DNA from: a virus
Lineage: Duplodnaviria > Caudoviricetes
Direction: 5' to 3' (one strand)
Length of the DNA stretch: 64,000 nucleotides
IMG/VR virus record: IMGVR_UViG_3300033073_001332
Span: 1-64,000 of that record
Position numbers and translations under genes: made by a program
The notes under the pieces: generated by a model
Database searches by the model: none
Seen by the model: only the letters and a program-made list of their open reading frames with translations
What the model was told of the DNA's origin: nothing
Part shown: one piece after another, positions 50,762 through 59,457 of the stretch
How positions within the stretch are numbered: position 1 is the stretch's first letter
How the letters are laid out: every line of letters starts with the position of its first letter

Positions 50762-51230
50762 AATACACTCGCTCTTTAGAACCAACCATTTGTTTATACC
50801 ATTTACCTTTGTCGTCCATCCACACATAAGGGTCATCAGGATTCTCAGTCCAACCGTGTTTAGTGTAATACTCAGAATCTTTACGTAAAAGATTCGCCCT
50901 ATGAGAAGAGTGAAATTCTTCAGTACCTAACCAATGAGGTAAAACAAATTCACCTTCAATAATTTCGTGTTCCATTGTATTTTTGAATCCACGAGATACC
51001 CATACATCGATTGAATCGTTGTAATATTGTTTGAGTGCGTTGACGTAGTCTCTCCACATAACAGAACATGGGTGATTTAACCAACCCTTATATGGTTTAC
51101 CATCTTTACGCGTACGACCTGTGATTGCAGATATAATTTGATATGCCTCAACACGTTGTTTTCCAAGACGTTTGTTGTCTAAACTTTCTAATGATTTTCT
51201 AAAATCTGTGTATGGAAGGAATGTCTGCAT
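50739..51230 (-). CDS. pyrimidine-dimer DNA glycosylase family protein (DenV/MSMEG_6728-like)
   Basis: MQTFLPY..LDNKRLGKQRVEAYQI..HPCSVMW..HSSHRANLLRKD; TATCTTTG box upstream at 51263-51270. Confidence 0.85.
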   Translation of the reverse strand: MQTFLPYTDFRKSLESLDNKRLGKQRVEAYQIISAITGRTRKDGKPYKGWLNHPCSVMWRDYVNALKQYYNDSIDVWVSRGFKNTMEHEIIEGEFVLPHWLGTEEFHSSHRANLLRKDSEYYTKHGWTENPDDPYVWMDDKGKWYKQMVGSKERVYFNIDVLV

Positions 51231-51300
51231 GAACTTTTTTGAATTACGATATATTTATAAAACAAAGATAATAAAAAAAATAAAATAATTAAAAAAAATT

Positions 51301-51798
51301 ATGAAAAGAATTGTTAGACTAACAGAAAATGATTTAGCTCGCATCGTTAAGAGAGTTATTTCTGAACAAGCAACTGGAATGGCAGCATTAGGTAAATTTG
51401 GTGACTTTTTAGTGAACGAAAATCATAGAAGTAACCAAACTTCAGCGGGCATCCCTGTTCAAGTATACGCATCTATGGGTTCAACGGCAACTCCAATGAT
51501 GTTGGCGGATGAAAGTGGAAATAAAGTACAAGGTGTTAAAATTGATGTTAACGCGGTTACTTATTCAGTTAACGGTCAAGAAGTTAAAAAAGTGGCATCA
51601 GGGAATATTCCTTTTTATCAAATTTGTGGAGCTCAAGCTAACTTCTTTGCTAAAGATACTATCAAAAGTGTAACTACTGGTGGTGCTGGATATAACTCAA
51701 AACCTAATGGACCTATCCAAACTAAAGCGACTGAAGCTTGTAAAGCTGCTGGGTTCAAAGGACAAATTCAAAAACCAGCAGGTGCTCAACTTGCGTAA
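51301..51798 (+). CDS. hypothetical protein with ITES-type leader
   Basis: MKRIVRLTENDLARIVKRVISE; TATTTATA at 51252. Confidence 0.8.
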   Translation: MKRIVRLTENDLARIVKRVISEQATGMAALGKFGDFLVNENHRSNQTSAGIPVQVYASMGSTATPMMLADESGNKVQGVKIDVNAVTYSVNGQEVKKVASGNIPFYQICGAQANFFAKDTIKSVTTGGAGYNSKPNGPIQTKATEACKAAGFKGQIQKPAGAQLA

Positions 51799-51822
51799 TT
51801 TATATAAAAACTTTATATAATT

Positions 51823-51850
51823 AAAAACCCCTCCGAAGAGGGGTTTTTTG
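51823..51850. terminator. bidirectional intrinsic terminator
   Basis: AAAAACCCCTC-CGAA-GAGGGGTTTTT. Confidence 0.8.
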
Positions 51851-51853
51851 TTT

Positions 51854-52390
51854 TTAGTCGTTAAAAATTTTACTTGGGTCAGGACCTTGAGTAAATAAAC
51901 CGTCAAATGGGTTTGTATCGATTGAGTAAGTAGAACTCATTTTGTTTTTATTCTTCCAAAACACGGTAATCATTGGGTATTTTGGGTTACTATTCAAATT
52001 CAAAATAACGTATTTTTCATTTGTTTTAGAGTATACGTGACTTTTGTCTTCGATTGTTAGGTATGCAAACTCACCATCAGACTCAATACTTTTGATTTTT
52101 GATTTCTTTTGTATGTCGATGACTTCATCACCTTTACCTTTAAGTAAGTAGTCGTGTGTTACAATGTTTGAATCAAAGTCAAAAGTGTAAAGTTGGAAAC
52201 CTTCGTAAATACTATCACTTACTCTATCCTTGAATGAATTTGGTGACATTTCAGTAGAGTTAACTACTTTGAAGCTGTTTACGAATACTTGAAAATTACC
52301 GTTAAGGTTATCTTCTTTAGTATTCATAAAGGTGAAAGCTAAACCGAAGATTGCTGTGAAAGCTAAGAGACCAAAGATTAATTTTTTCAT
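51854..52390 (-). CDS. secreted or membrane-anchored hypothetical protein
   Basis: N-terminal MKKLIFGLLAFTAIFGLAF; TTTG-N19-TATCTTTG promoter at 52429-52459. Confidence 0.75.
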   Translation of the reverse strand: MKKLIFGLLAFTAIFGLAFTFMNTKEDNLNGNFQVFVNSFKVVNSTEMSPNSFKDRVSDSIYEGFQLYTFDFDSNIVTHDYLLKGKGDEVIDIQKKSKIKSIESDGEFAYLTIEDKSHVYSKTNEKYVILNLNSNPKYPMITVFWKNKNKMSSTYSIDTNPFDGLFTQGPDPSKIFND

Positions 52391-52488
52391 GACTTTTATT
52401 TTTTAGAGGTTAATTAATGATTACACTACAAAGATAGGACCTTTTTTTGATTTGCCAAAAGATTTTGAAAATATTTTTATTTTTTTTA

Positions 52489-52510
52489 TCCCCACCGTTA
52501 AGTGGGGATT
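52489..52510 (-). terminator. terminator downstream of tmRNA
   Basis: ATCCCCAC-CGTTAA-GTGGGGAT hairpin just past the tmRNA 3' end. Confidence 0.55.
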
Positions 52511-52515
52511 TTAAT

Positions 52516-52914
52516 TGGTGGAGGTGGAGGGACTCGAACCCTCGTCCAGCCTATCCTGTCAGATAAGGACTACACGTTTAGGTCAAGGTTTTTCATACCT
52601 TCCGAACTATCCGAGTTTTCACACCGCTCAGCGACGGTGATAGTTCTTTCGGGGAACCATACCCGTTTTGTTTTCTTTTAGAGTGAAAACCAACTCATCT
52701 ACGACTTCTGTTGCTAGGTTATATGTCTGACCGACCCCCCGTTTCCGTGCTTTACTTAAGCTACAGTAACTTGCTCAGTTGCAATTAAACCAACCACTGA
52801 AAGGTTATCAAGTACGTTGCCGTATATAATGTGAATCAGTTTTTAAAGAGATTAATTCAGTCCCTACGTGCCCTTATTCCTCAGCCAATACCTGTCAAAT
52901 CCAAAAACACCCCC
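52516..52914 (-). ncRNA. ssrA: tmRNA (transfer-messenger RNA)
   Basis: 5' GGGGGTG..GGATTTGAC pairs with 3' CACCTCC-ACCA (G3:U alanine determinant); T-arm GAGGGTTCGAGTCCCTC; internal tag ORF at 52756-52821. Confidence 0.92.
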
Positions 52915-52936
52915 ATATTTTCAAAGAACTATATTA

Positions 52937-52967
52937 CAAAGATAAGTATTTTCTTTTATCTTTTCAA
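52937..52967 (-). promoter_or_regulatory. Bacteroidota-type promoter for tmRNA
   Basis: TTG-N20-TATCTTTG on the minus strand. Confidence 0.55.
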
Positions 52968-52982
52968 TATATTTATAAATAC

Positions 52983-54152
52983 ATGCGAAAAATATTAGAT
53001 ATTTTTGAACAAGAGGAAGATGATGTAGAATTGACTGACTACGAAAAAATTCTTGCACTTAATAAAAGAAAGATTAGTCCATATGATGTAGAGTTTTATG
53101 ATTCTGAGGGTAAGGATTACAGTGATGTGATTGAGGTTACCCAAGATGGTCTTATTTTTACTTTTGATGGTCTTGATGAATATTTAAGATTTTTCTTTCC
53201 TGAGGAATTTGGTGATGAGGGTACAGATGCATGGTATGAAGCTGGATACTTAGATTCTATGTATCGAGGTAATTGGGATTGGGATTATTGGGATAGAAGT
53301 AATGATGATTGGGATGAAGGGTATGTTATTGACTCTATTAGAGGAGAATCTAGAAATGTATTATATCAAATATTACAAAAAACTTCACCATCTTTATCAA
53401 AAAACATTAAAGTGGACACAGAAGGTAATCTCAGATTTACCGATACATTAAATCAAGAAGTAAGTGATTTTATTGAAATATTAAGTGAGAAAACTAAAGA
53501 TGAGCTTATATCTGCATATGTTTATGCAAATGAAATTGCAAATAGAGAAGCCACTCCAAAATATTTAGAAGACCATTATTGTGACGGATTAAAAGATATT
53601 GGTATTGAAAGATACTCAAACAAATATTGTTTTTGGAAATATGAATTATCTTGGGGACCTGCAATTATGTTATTTGTAAGACATGGCTCTCCTGATGATA
53701 ACTTACTTGATTTAATGTTTGAGGCAATAAGAAAAGATTTTAGAAACCACACATCAGATTACTATGAAATTCAATATGAAGCGTGGGATAATGATGCATT
53801 TAAAGAATACTTTGGTAAAAAATCTTTATCAATACTTCAAAATCTACTTTCTGAACTTGAAGAAGAAGATGAAGATAACCCAAGCCAATTTAAAAAATAC
53901 CTTAAAATATTAGAAATAATAAATAATAAAATCGGGTTCAATACATGGAAAAAACTACCAACACCTAGTGAAAATGGCGGTTACCCATATCAATTATTAA
54001 TTGATGATGTTGATAAAGATACATTACTTATTCGTTACAATGTAAAAAATATTTTAAGTCATGGTGTTAAAGTCGGTAGAGTTCCTTTAGAAACTATATT
54101 TGATATGTTGAACTCCCCCCAACTATTTGACCCCACAGAATTTAGGTCCTAA
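52983..54152 (+). CDS. acidic hypothetical protein
   Basis: 389-aa ORF; TATTTATA at 52970. Confidence 0.75.
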   Translation: MRKILDIFEQEEDDVELTDYEKILALNKRKISPYDVEFYDSEGKDYSDVIEVTQDGLIFTFDGLDEYLRFFFPEEFGDEGTDAWYEAGYLDSMYRGNWDWDYWDRSNDDWDEGYVIDSIRGESRNVLYQILQKTSPSLSKNIKVDTEGNLRFTDTLNQEVSDFIEILSEKTKDELISAYVYANEIANREATPKYLEDHYCDGLKDIGIERYSNKYCFWKYELSWGPAIMLFVRHGSPDDNLLDLMFEAIRKDFRNHTSDYYEIQYEAWDNDAFKEYFGKKSLSILQNLLSELEEEDEDNPSQFKKYLKILEIINNKIGFNTWKKLPTPSENGGYPYQLLIDDVDKDTLLIRYNVKNILSHGVKVGRVPLETIFDMLNSPQLFDPTEFRS

Positions 54153-55201
54153 TAATTTTTCATCAATCTATCTCTAATAATTTCATAAAGAGATACTAAG
54201 TCCTCATCAGGGATAAATAAAAATCCATCGTCGTAAGCATCACTTAATGTGATACCATCTTTTTCTTCATATACGTCTACAGAATCTAAACGATGAAAAG
54301 TTTCTTCGGGGACATCAAATACATCCGTATCTAAATTTTCTACAAGTGAGTTCATAATTAATTGTGGTGTGTATTTAATTGGTGAATATTGGTATGTATA
54401 TTTTTTAAGACCTAAAACCTCTACCATTTTCTTTCCAGCCTTGATTGCGTTTTCAACGTCTTCTAAGGATACAAACTCTTGTGCTGAGTGCATATTGTAA
54501 TAACCACAAGACATGTTGATACAAGAAACGTCAATCTTCTTTTTAAGTTGTGAAATATCGGTATAAGGGTGAGATTGAACTAACATCTCATTTCCAAAAG
54601 ATTCTGTAATAACTTCTAATGATTTTTGAAAAAATTCACTTTCACGTTCAAACAAACGAACTCCCGAGCAAATCTCGGTAATTAAGTGATTACCTGGTGC
54701 ATCATATTGAGTAATATACCCAACATCCTGTAGAAAGTTTTCATCACATTTTGATGACCCGTGACAACCAGTTTCTTCTGATACAAAAAAACCAACTTTC
54801 ACTTTATCCAATTGTTTTAACAATTCAAGACAAATAAAAATACCACACTTATCATCACCACCAATACCGGTTGGGTTATCGTTTGTGTCATAAGCCTTCA
54901 ATACGTCTACCGGTGTGTCGTCAAAGGATTTACCGAACGTATACGGACGAACAAGTTTTTCTTCTTTTACTACAATCTTTTCAATTTTGCTGTGTACCGT
55001 ATCGGTATGTGCAATAAACATAGGAAAATATTCACCTTCTTCTAACACACCTTTTGTTGCGTAGATGTTCATCATTATATCACGATAGAAAGTAACCCCT
55101 TCCATGACTCCCAATTCGTTACAAATAAACTCCACCATATCTTCTTCTTGATATGTTTTGCTTGGGACTGAAAGGAGTTCTTTAAATTTTTCTATGTTCA
55201 T
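54149..55201 (-). CDS. M20/M28-family zinc peptidase
   Basis: AHTDTV, GGDDKCG, SEETG, YD and HS metal-binding motifs; TTTG-N19-TACATTTG promoter at 55215-55245 supports a start at 55201. Confidence 0.82.
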   Translation of the reverse strand: MNIEKFKELLSVPSKTYQEEDMVEFICNELGVMEGVTFYRDIMMNIYATKGVLEEGEYFPMFIAHTDTVHSKIEKIVVKEEKLVRPYTFGKSFDDTPVDVLKAYDTNDNPTGIGGDDKCGIFICLELLKQLDKVKVGFFVSEETGCHGSSKCDENFLQDVGYITQYDAPGNHLITEICSGVRLFERESEFFQKSLEVITESFGNEMLVQSHPYTDISQLKKKIDVSCINMSCGYYNMHSAQEFVSLEDVENAIKAGKKMVEVLGLKKYTYQYSPIKYTPQLIMNSLVENLDTDVFDVPEETFHRLDSVDVYEEKDGITLSDAYDDGFLFIPDEDLVSLYEIIRDRLMKNY

Positions 55202-55246
55202 CTCGATTTTTTTACAAATGTACAAAAGTTTTTAACATTTGCAAAA

Positions 55247-57286
55247 TTATTTCTTTCTTTTTGTGGGTTTTTTTATTTTAACGTCAGTTTTCTTTTCCTT
55301 CTCGTTGTAAGTTAGAACAAACTTGGAACCTTTTTCAGGGTTATCAGTTAATATCTTTTCTGTGATGGCATCATCCACCCATTTTTGTACTGTACGTTTT
55401 AGAATACGTGCTCCAAAACGAGTATCGGTACCAACTTCAATTAGGTGTTTTTTCAATACATCATCTACCTCAGCAGAAAACTCTAACTTCTCAATTCTTT
55501 CATAAAACTTATCAAGTTCCAAATCAACAATTTTTAATAAGTCATCTTGATTCAAATCTTTGAAGTAGATGATATCATCAAATCTGTTGATGAACTCAGG
55601 TGCAAATTTTTTGAATAATTCTTTTTCTAATAAAGATTTAATTTCTTCATCTTTTCTTTCGGTCTTTGCAGTTGTAGAGAACCCTACACCCGAACCAAAG
55701 TCTTGTACTACTTTTGTACCGACATTAGATGTCATTAAAATGATACAATTTTTGAAATTGATTTTTCTTCCATGTCCATCAGTCAACATACCTTCATCTA
55801 ACATCTGTAGAAACACATTAAAGATTTCAGGATGTGCTTTTTCAATCTCGTCTAAAAGGATAACTGAATATGGTTTGTTTTTAATTTTATTCAAAAACGG
55901 TGAACCTTCTTCATATCCAACATAACCTGGTGATGTTCCTGTTAGTTTTGACGTTGAGATTTTATCTGTGTATTCACTCATGTCCAATCGGATAAGAGCA
56001 TCTTCACTATTGAACATGTGTTTTGCTAATTGTTTCGCCAACTCAGTTTTACCAACACCTGAGTTACCAATTAACAATCCACTAAAGATTGGTTTTTTAG
56101 GGTCACTTAATCCAACTTTATTTCTTTGAATTGCTCTTGAAATTTTTGCGACAGCATCTTCCTGACCAATTACTCTTGTTGAAAGTGTGTCCTTAAGTGT
56201 AATCAACTGACTTGTTTCATCCGTACTAATTTTGTTGATTGGAATTTTTGTCATCAAAGATACCACGTCATAAACAACATCCTCAGTTACTTCACGACGA
56301 TACAAATCACGATTTTTCTCAAAGTTTTGTTTTTCAGCCTCAAGTTCTGCTAATACCTTTCTTTCTTTATCACGAAGATTTGCGGCTTCCTCATACTTTT
56401 GTTTATTGATTACGTCTAACTTTTCTTCTTTGATTTTCTGTGCTTCTTTTTTAAGTTGCTCAATAATTTCAGGTAGTTTGATTTCCACTTGTGAACGAGC
56501 TCCAACCTCATCAATAATATCAAATGCCTTATCAGGGAATTCACGGTCAGTAATATACCTATCTGCTAATTCAACACACAATTTCAAAATGTCATCACTA
56601 TATGTTACTTTGTGATGGTTTTCATAACGGTCTTTTGATTGTTGAAGAATCTGTAATGTTTCTTCTTTGGAAGATGGGTCAACTACCACTTTTTGAAAAC
56701 GTCTTTCTAACGCCCCATCCTTTTCAATATTTTTACGATATTCTTCTAATGTCGTAGCACCAATACATTGTAATTCACCACGAGATAATGCCGGTTTGAA
56801 GATGTTTGATGCATCCATTGAACCTGATGAGTTACCTGCACCAATCATAGTGTGGATTTCATCGATAAAAACAATAATGTCGGGGTGATTGTATAACTCC
56901 TCCATAATTACTTTCATACGCTCCTCAAATTGACCTCTATACTTTGTTCCTGCAACAACTGAAGTCATATCTAAAGAAACTATTCTTTTACCTTGTAAAT
57001 TTTGAGGACAATCACCTTCAAAAATTTTCTTGGCTAAACCTTCCACAATTGCAGTTTTACCACAACCTGGTTCACCAATAATAATCGGGTTATTTTTCTT
57101 TCTCCTTGAAAGAATTTGTGCGATACGATTAATTTCATTTTCCCTACCGACAACAGGGTCCAACTTACCTTCTTCCGCCGCTTTTATTAAATCACGTGAG
57201 AAGTTATCCAATACAGGAGTTTTACTTGAACCGTCTTGTTGTGTTTTGTTTTTTGGTTTTTCGTTTCCGTCTGCTGAGTCAATCAT
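55247..57286 (-). CDS. clpC: ClpC-like AAA+ unfoldase lacking the N-terminal Clp repeat domain
   Basis: GEPGCGKT/FIDEIH and GNSGVGKT/LLDEIEK cassettes, KYRGQFEER pore loop, UVR-type M-domain QKYEEAANLRD, VGF ClpP-docking loop. Confidence 0.9.
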   Translation of the reverse strand: MIDSADGNEKPKNKTQQDGSSKTPVLDNFSRDLIKAAEEGKLDPVVGRENEINRIAQILSRRKKNNPIIIGEPGCGKTAIVEGLAKKIFEGDCPQNLQGKRIVSLDMTSVVAGTKYRGQFEERMKVIMEELYNHPDIIVFIDEIHTMIGAGNSSGSMDASNIFKPALSRGELQCIGATTLEEYRKNIEKDGALERRFQKVVVDPSSKEETLQILQQSKDRYENHHKVTYSDDILKLCVELADRYITDREFPDKAFDIIDEVGARSQVEIKLPEIIEQLKKEAQKIKEEKLDVINKQKYEEAANLRDKERKVLAELEAEKQNFEKNRDLYRREVTEDVVYDVVSLMTKIPINKISTDETSQLITLKDTLSTRVIGQEDAVAKISRAIQRNKVGLSDPKKPIFSGLLIGNSGVGKTELAKQLAKHMFNSEDALIRLDMSEYTDKISTSKLTGTSPGYVGYEEGSPFLNKIKNKPYSVILLDEIEKAHPEIFNVFLQMLDEGMLTDGHGRKINFKNCIILMTSNVGTKVVQDFGSGVGFSTTAKTERKDEEIKSLLEKELFKKFAPEFINRFDDIIYFKDLNQDDLLKIVDLELDKFYERIEKLEFSAEVDDVLKKHLIEVGTDTRFGARILKRTVQKWVDDAITEKILTDNPEKGSKFVLTYNEKEKKTDVKIKKPTKRKK

Positions 57287-57348
57287 AGTTTTGTTTTTTT
57301 TGTAAAATTAACCTTTCTATTTAGAATAATCAATTATTTAATGAATTT

Positions 57349-57393
57349 TGACGAATTGTCAGTAGTAAATAATAATATACTGACATAATGTCA
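57349..57393. promoter_or_regulatory. paired TGAC-N5-GTCA palindromes in the divergent clpC/UVR intergenic region
   Basis: TGACGAATTGTCA (57349-57361) and TGACATAATGTCA (57381-57393), 32 bp apart; TGGCAC at 57406. Confidence 0.6.
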
Positions 57394-57460
57394 TATTTTA
57401 TGTATTGGCACATATTTCGTACAAAGATACGAAAATAAACTTAATAAATGAAAAAATAAT

Positions 57461-57829
57461 ATGTTTAATTGGAATGAATTTGATAAAATGTTTGATGAGA
57501 TGTTTTCTATGAGGTCTAATTTTTTTAATGACAATAATTGGAACAAGAAAACTTATAAATCACCTGACGGTAGGTATTCATTTACCTATATGTCAAGGGG
57601 ATTTGATAACAAATCAACAGATGAGTTGGATGAAATGAAACGTAAATTAGAATTGGCAGTTGAAGAGCAAGATTTTGAAAAGGCGGTAGAATTAAGAGAC
57701 AAAATTAAAAGTTTAGAAAAAAACAAAGAAAAGATTTCAGAGTTAGAGAAAAAACTAAGTGAATGTGTTGAAAAACAAGATTATGAAAAGGCGATAGAAT
57801 ACCGTGACAAAATAAAAGCTCTCAAATAA
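57461..57829 (+). CDS. tandem UVR (UvrB/UvrC) motif protein
   Basis: LELAVEEQDFEKAVELRDKI and LSECVEKQDYEKAIEYRDKI. Confidence 0.85.
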   Translation: MFNWNEFDKMFDEMFSMRSNFFNDNNWNKKTYKSPDGRYSFTYMSRGFDNKSTDELDEMKRKLELAVEEQDFEKAVELRDKIKSLEKNKEKISELEKKLSECVEKQDYEKAIEYRDKIKALK

Positions 57830-57830
57830 A

Positions 57831-57860
57831 AAAGTCCACCTTCGGGTGGATTTTTTTTTT
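57831..57860 (+). terminator. intrinsic terminator
   Basis: GTCCACC-TTCG-GGTGGAT followed by a 10-T run. Confidence 0.85.
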
Positions 57861-57875
57861 CGTATATTTATAGTT

Positions 57876-58184
57876 ATGAAATCTTGGAAAAAATTTGCGG
57901 ACACCTTAGAACTAACAAAAGATTTAGAACAGAACTATTACGAGATGAGAAAAATCTTTCAAAGAGAAGGGTGGACAGAAGAAGAGTTATCAAGTCCAAG
58001 ATACTTTCCCCAAGATTTACTGAATTTACATTCTACGTTTATGCCTAGATTGTTGGGGATTATAAAAACAATTGGAGAATATGGTTTTGATGTTGACAGA
58101 GATGAGATTAATGGATATATTATGGATAAACTTCGTCACATAGATGACATAACTCCATTAAGAAAATCAGATGGCAATAACTAA
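57876..58184 (+). CDS. hypothetical protein
   Basis: Start MKSWKKF after TATTTATA at 57865. Confidence 0.7.
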   Translation: MKSWKKFADTLELTKDLEQNYYEMRKIFQREGWTEEELSSPRYFPQDLLNLHSTFMPRLLGIIKTIGEYGFDVDRDEINGYIMDKLRHIDDITPLRKSDGNN

Positions 58185-58425
58185 AACAGAAATACTTGGC
58201 ACAAAAATTATTTGTGAAATTGAATCGTCAAATTTAATAAAAACAGAATACGACTCTGAGACAAGTAAACTTATAGCAACATTCAAAAACGGTATGATGT
58301 ATGAATATGAGGAAGTCCCTCACAAAATTTATGCTCAATTTAGACTGGCAGAATCACAAGGAAAATATTTCAATACAGAAATAGCTAAGGCTTACAAATA
58401 CAAAAAATTGGAAGAATTAGAATAA
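58171..58425 (+). CDS. KTSC-domain protein
   Basis: SSNL....YD....L...FKNG..YEY..VP..........SQGKYFN..I. Confidence 0.85.
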   Translation: MAITKTEILGTKIICEIESSNLIKTEYDSETSKLIATFKNGMMYEYEEVPHKIYAQFRLAESQGKYFNTEIAKAYKYKKLEELE

Positions 58426-58442
58426 CCTATGTATTTATAGGT

Positions 58443-59216
58443 ATGGAAAGTGATAGTAAAATCATTAATAGTTTTTATCTACAAGACGAATTAAACCCCG
58501 ACATTTGGTATCTACCAAAAGAAAAGTACATGGGGGACCCTGATGGTCAAGAAGAAAAATTAAAACCAGAAGTAAGAGCAAGGTTACTAAAAGTTGCTGA
58601 AATATTTTTGGATTATATAGACATCGACATTCATGTTCATGATATTATTTTAATTGGTTCATTAACAGGATATAATTGGTCTGAGTTTTCTGATTTTGAT
58701 GTACATATACTTTATGACTTCACCGATGCTGGTGAAAATTCAGAATTATACAAAGAACTTTTTCATCTTAAAAAAACCGTGTTCAATGCAAAACACGATA
58801 TAAAAATAAAAGGTTTTGAAGTGGAGGTTTTCGTACAAGATTTAAATGAAAAAGAAACTAGTGTAGGTTCATATTCCGTTTTATATGATAAGTGGATAAG
58901 ATATCCAGAAAAAGAAGAATTCAAGGTCGATAAAAAACAAATCAAAGAAAAGGCTCAACAATGGATGGACATTATTGATGGTGTTTTAGAAAACGCAGAA
59001 GATGAAGACCTTAATGATGCAATTAAATTAGTTGCGAAATATAGAGACAAGTTAAGAAAGTATAGAACTTGTGGTTTAAAAAAAGAGGGAGAATATTCCT
59101 ATGAAAATTTAGTTTTCAAATTCCTTAGAAGGAATGGTTATATTTCAAAATTAGAAGACTTCAAAAACAAAATTACTGACAAAAAATTATCGTTAGAACA
59201 AGAAAATGGCGAATAA
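58443..59216 (+). CDS. Pol-beta-superfamily nucleotidyltransferase
   Basis: IGSLTGYNWSEFSDFDVH (GS..DxD) and EVEVFVQD. Confidence 0.78.
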   Translation: MESDSKIINSFYLQDELNPDIWYLPKEKYMGDPDGQEEKLKPEVRARLLKVAEIFLDYIDIDIHVHDIILIGSLTGYNWSEFSDFDVHILYDFTDAGENSELYKELFHLKKTVFNAKHDIKIKGFEVEVFVQDLNEKETSVGSYSVLYDKWIRYPEKEEFKVDKKQIKEKAQQWMDIIDGVLENAEDEDLNDAIKLVAKYRDKLRKYRTCGLKKEGEYSYENLVFKFLRRNGYISKLEDFKNKITDKKLSLEQENGE

Positions 59217-59259
59217 TTGAAAATTATCAATTAATGATATATTTATATAGAAAAATATT

Positions 59260-59445
59260 ATGCCAACAACAGCTTGCACATCGTATTATACTACCACAAT
59301 AACAGGTTACAATCCCGCTTCGGGTGATACTGTTGGTTCAATAGTTACATTTTACGCACCTAAACCTGTATGGGGAACGGAAACAAATGCGACTAATTTA
59401 CAATGTAATGCTGTGACGCTTGGCGGAAATGGATTAAACAATTAA
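59260..59445 (+). CDS. small Thr/Gly-rich protein
   Basis: 61 aa; TATTTATA at 59240. Confidence 0.65.
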   Translation: MPTTACTSYYTTTITGYNPASGDTVGSIVTFYAPKPVWGTETNATNLQCNAVTLGGNGLNN

Positions 59446-59457
59446 AAAAAAATAGAA

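Noticed and set aside
52516-52560. Stand-alone tRNA gene
   Set aside because: The T-arm and acceptor pair with a 5' end about 400 nt away with a tag ORF between, so it is tmRNA
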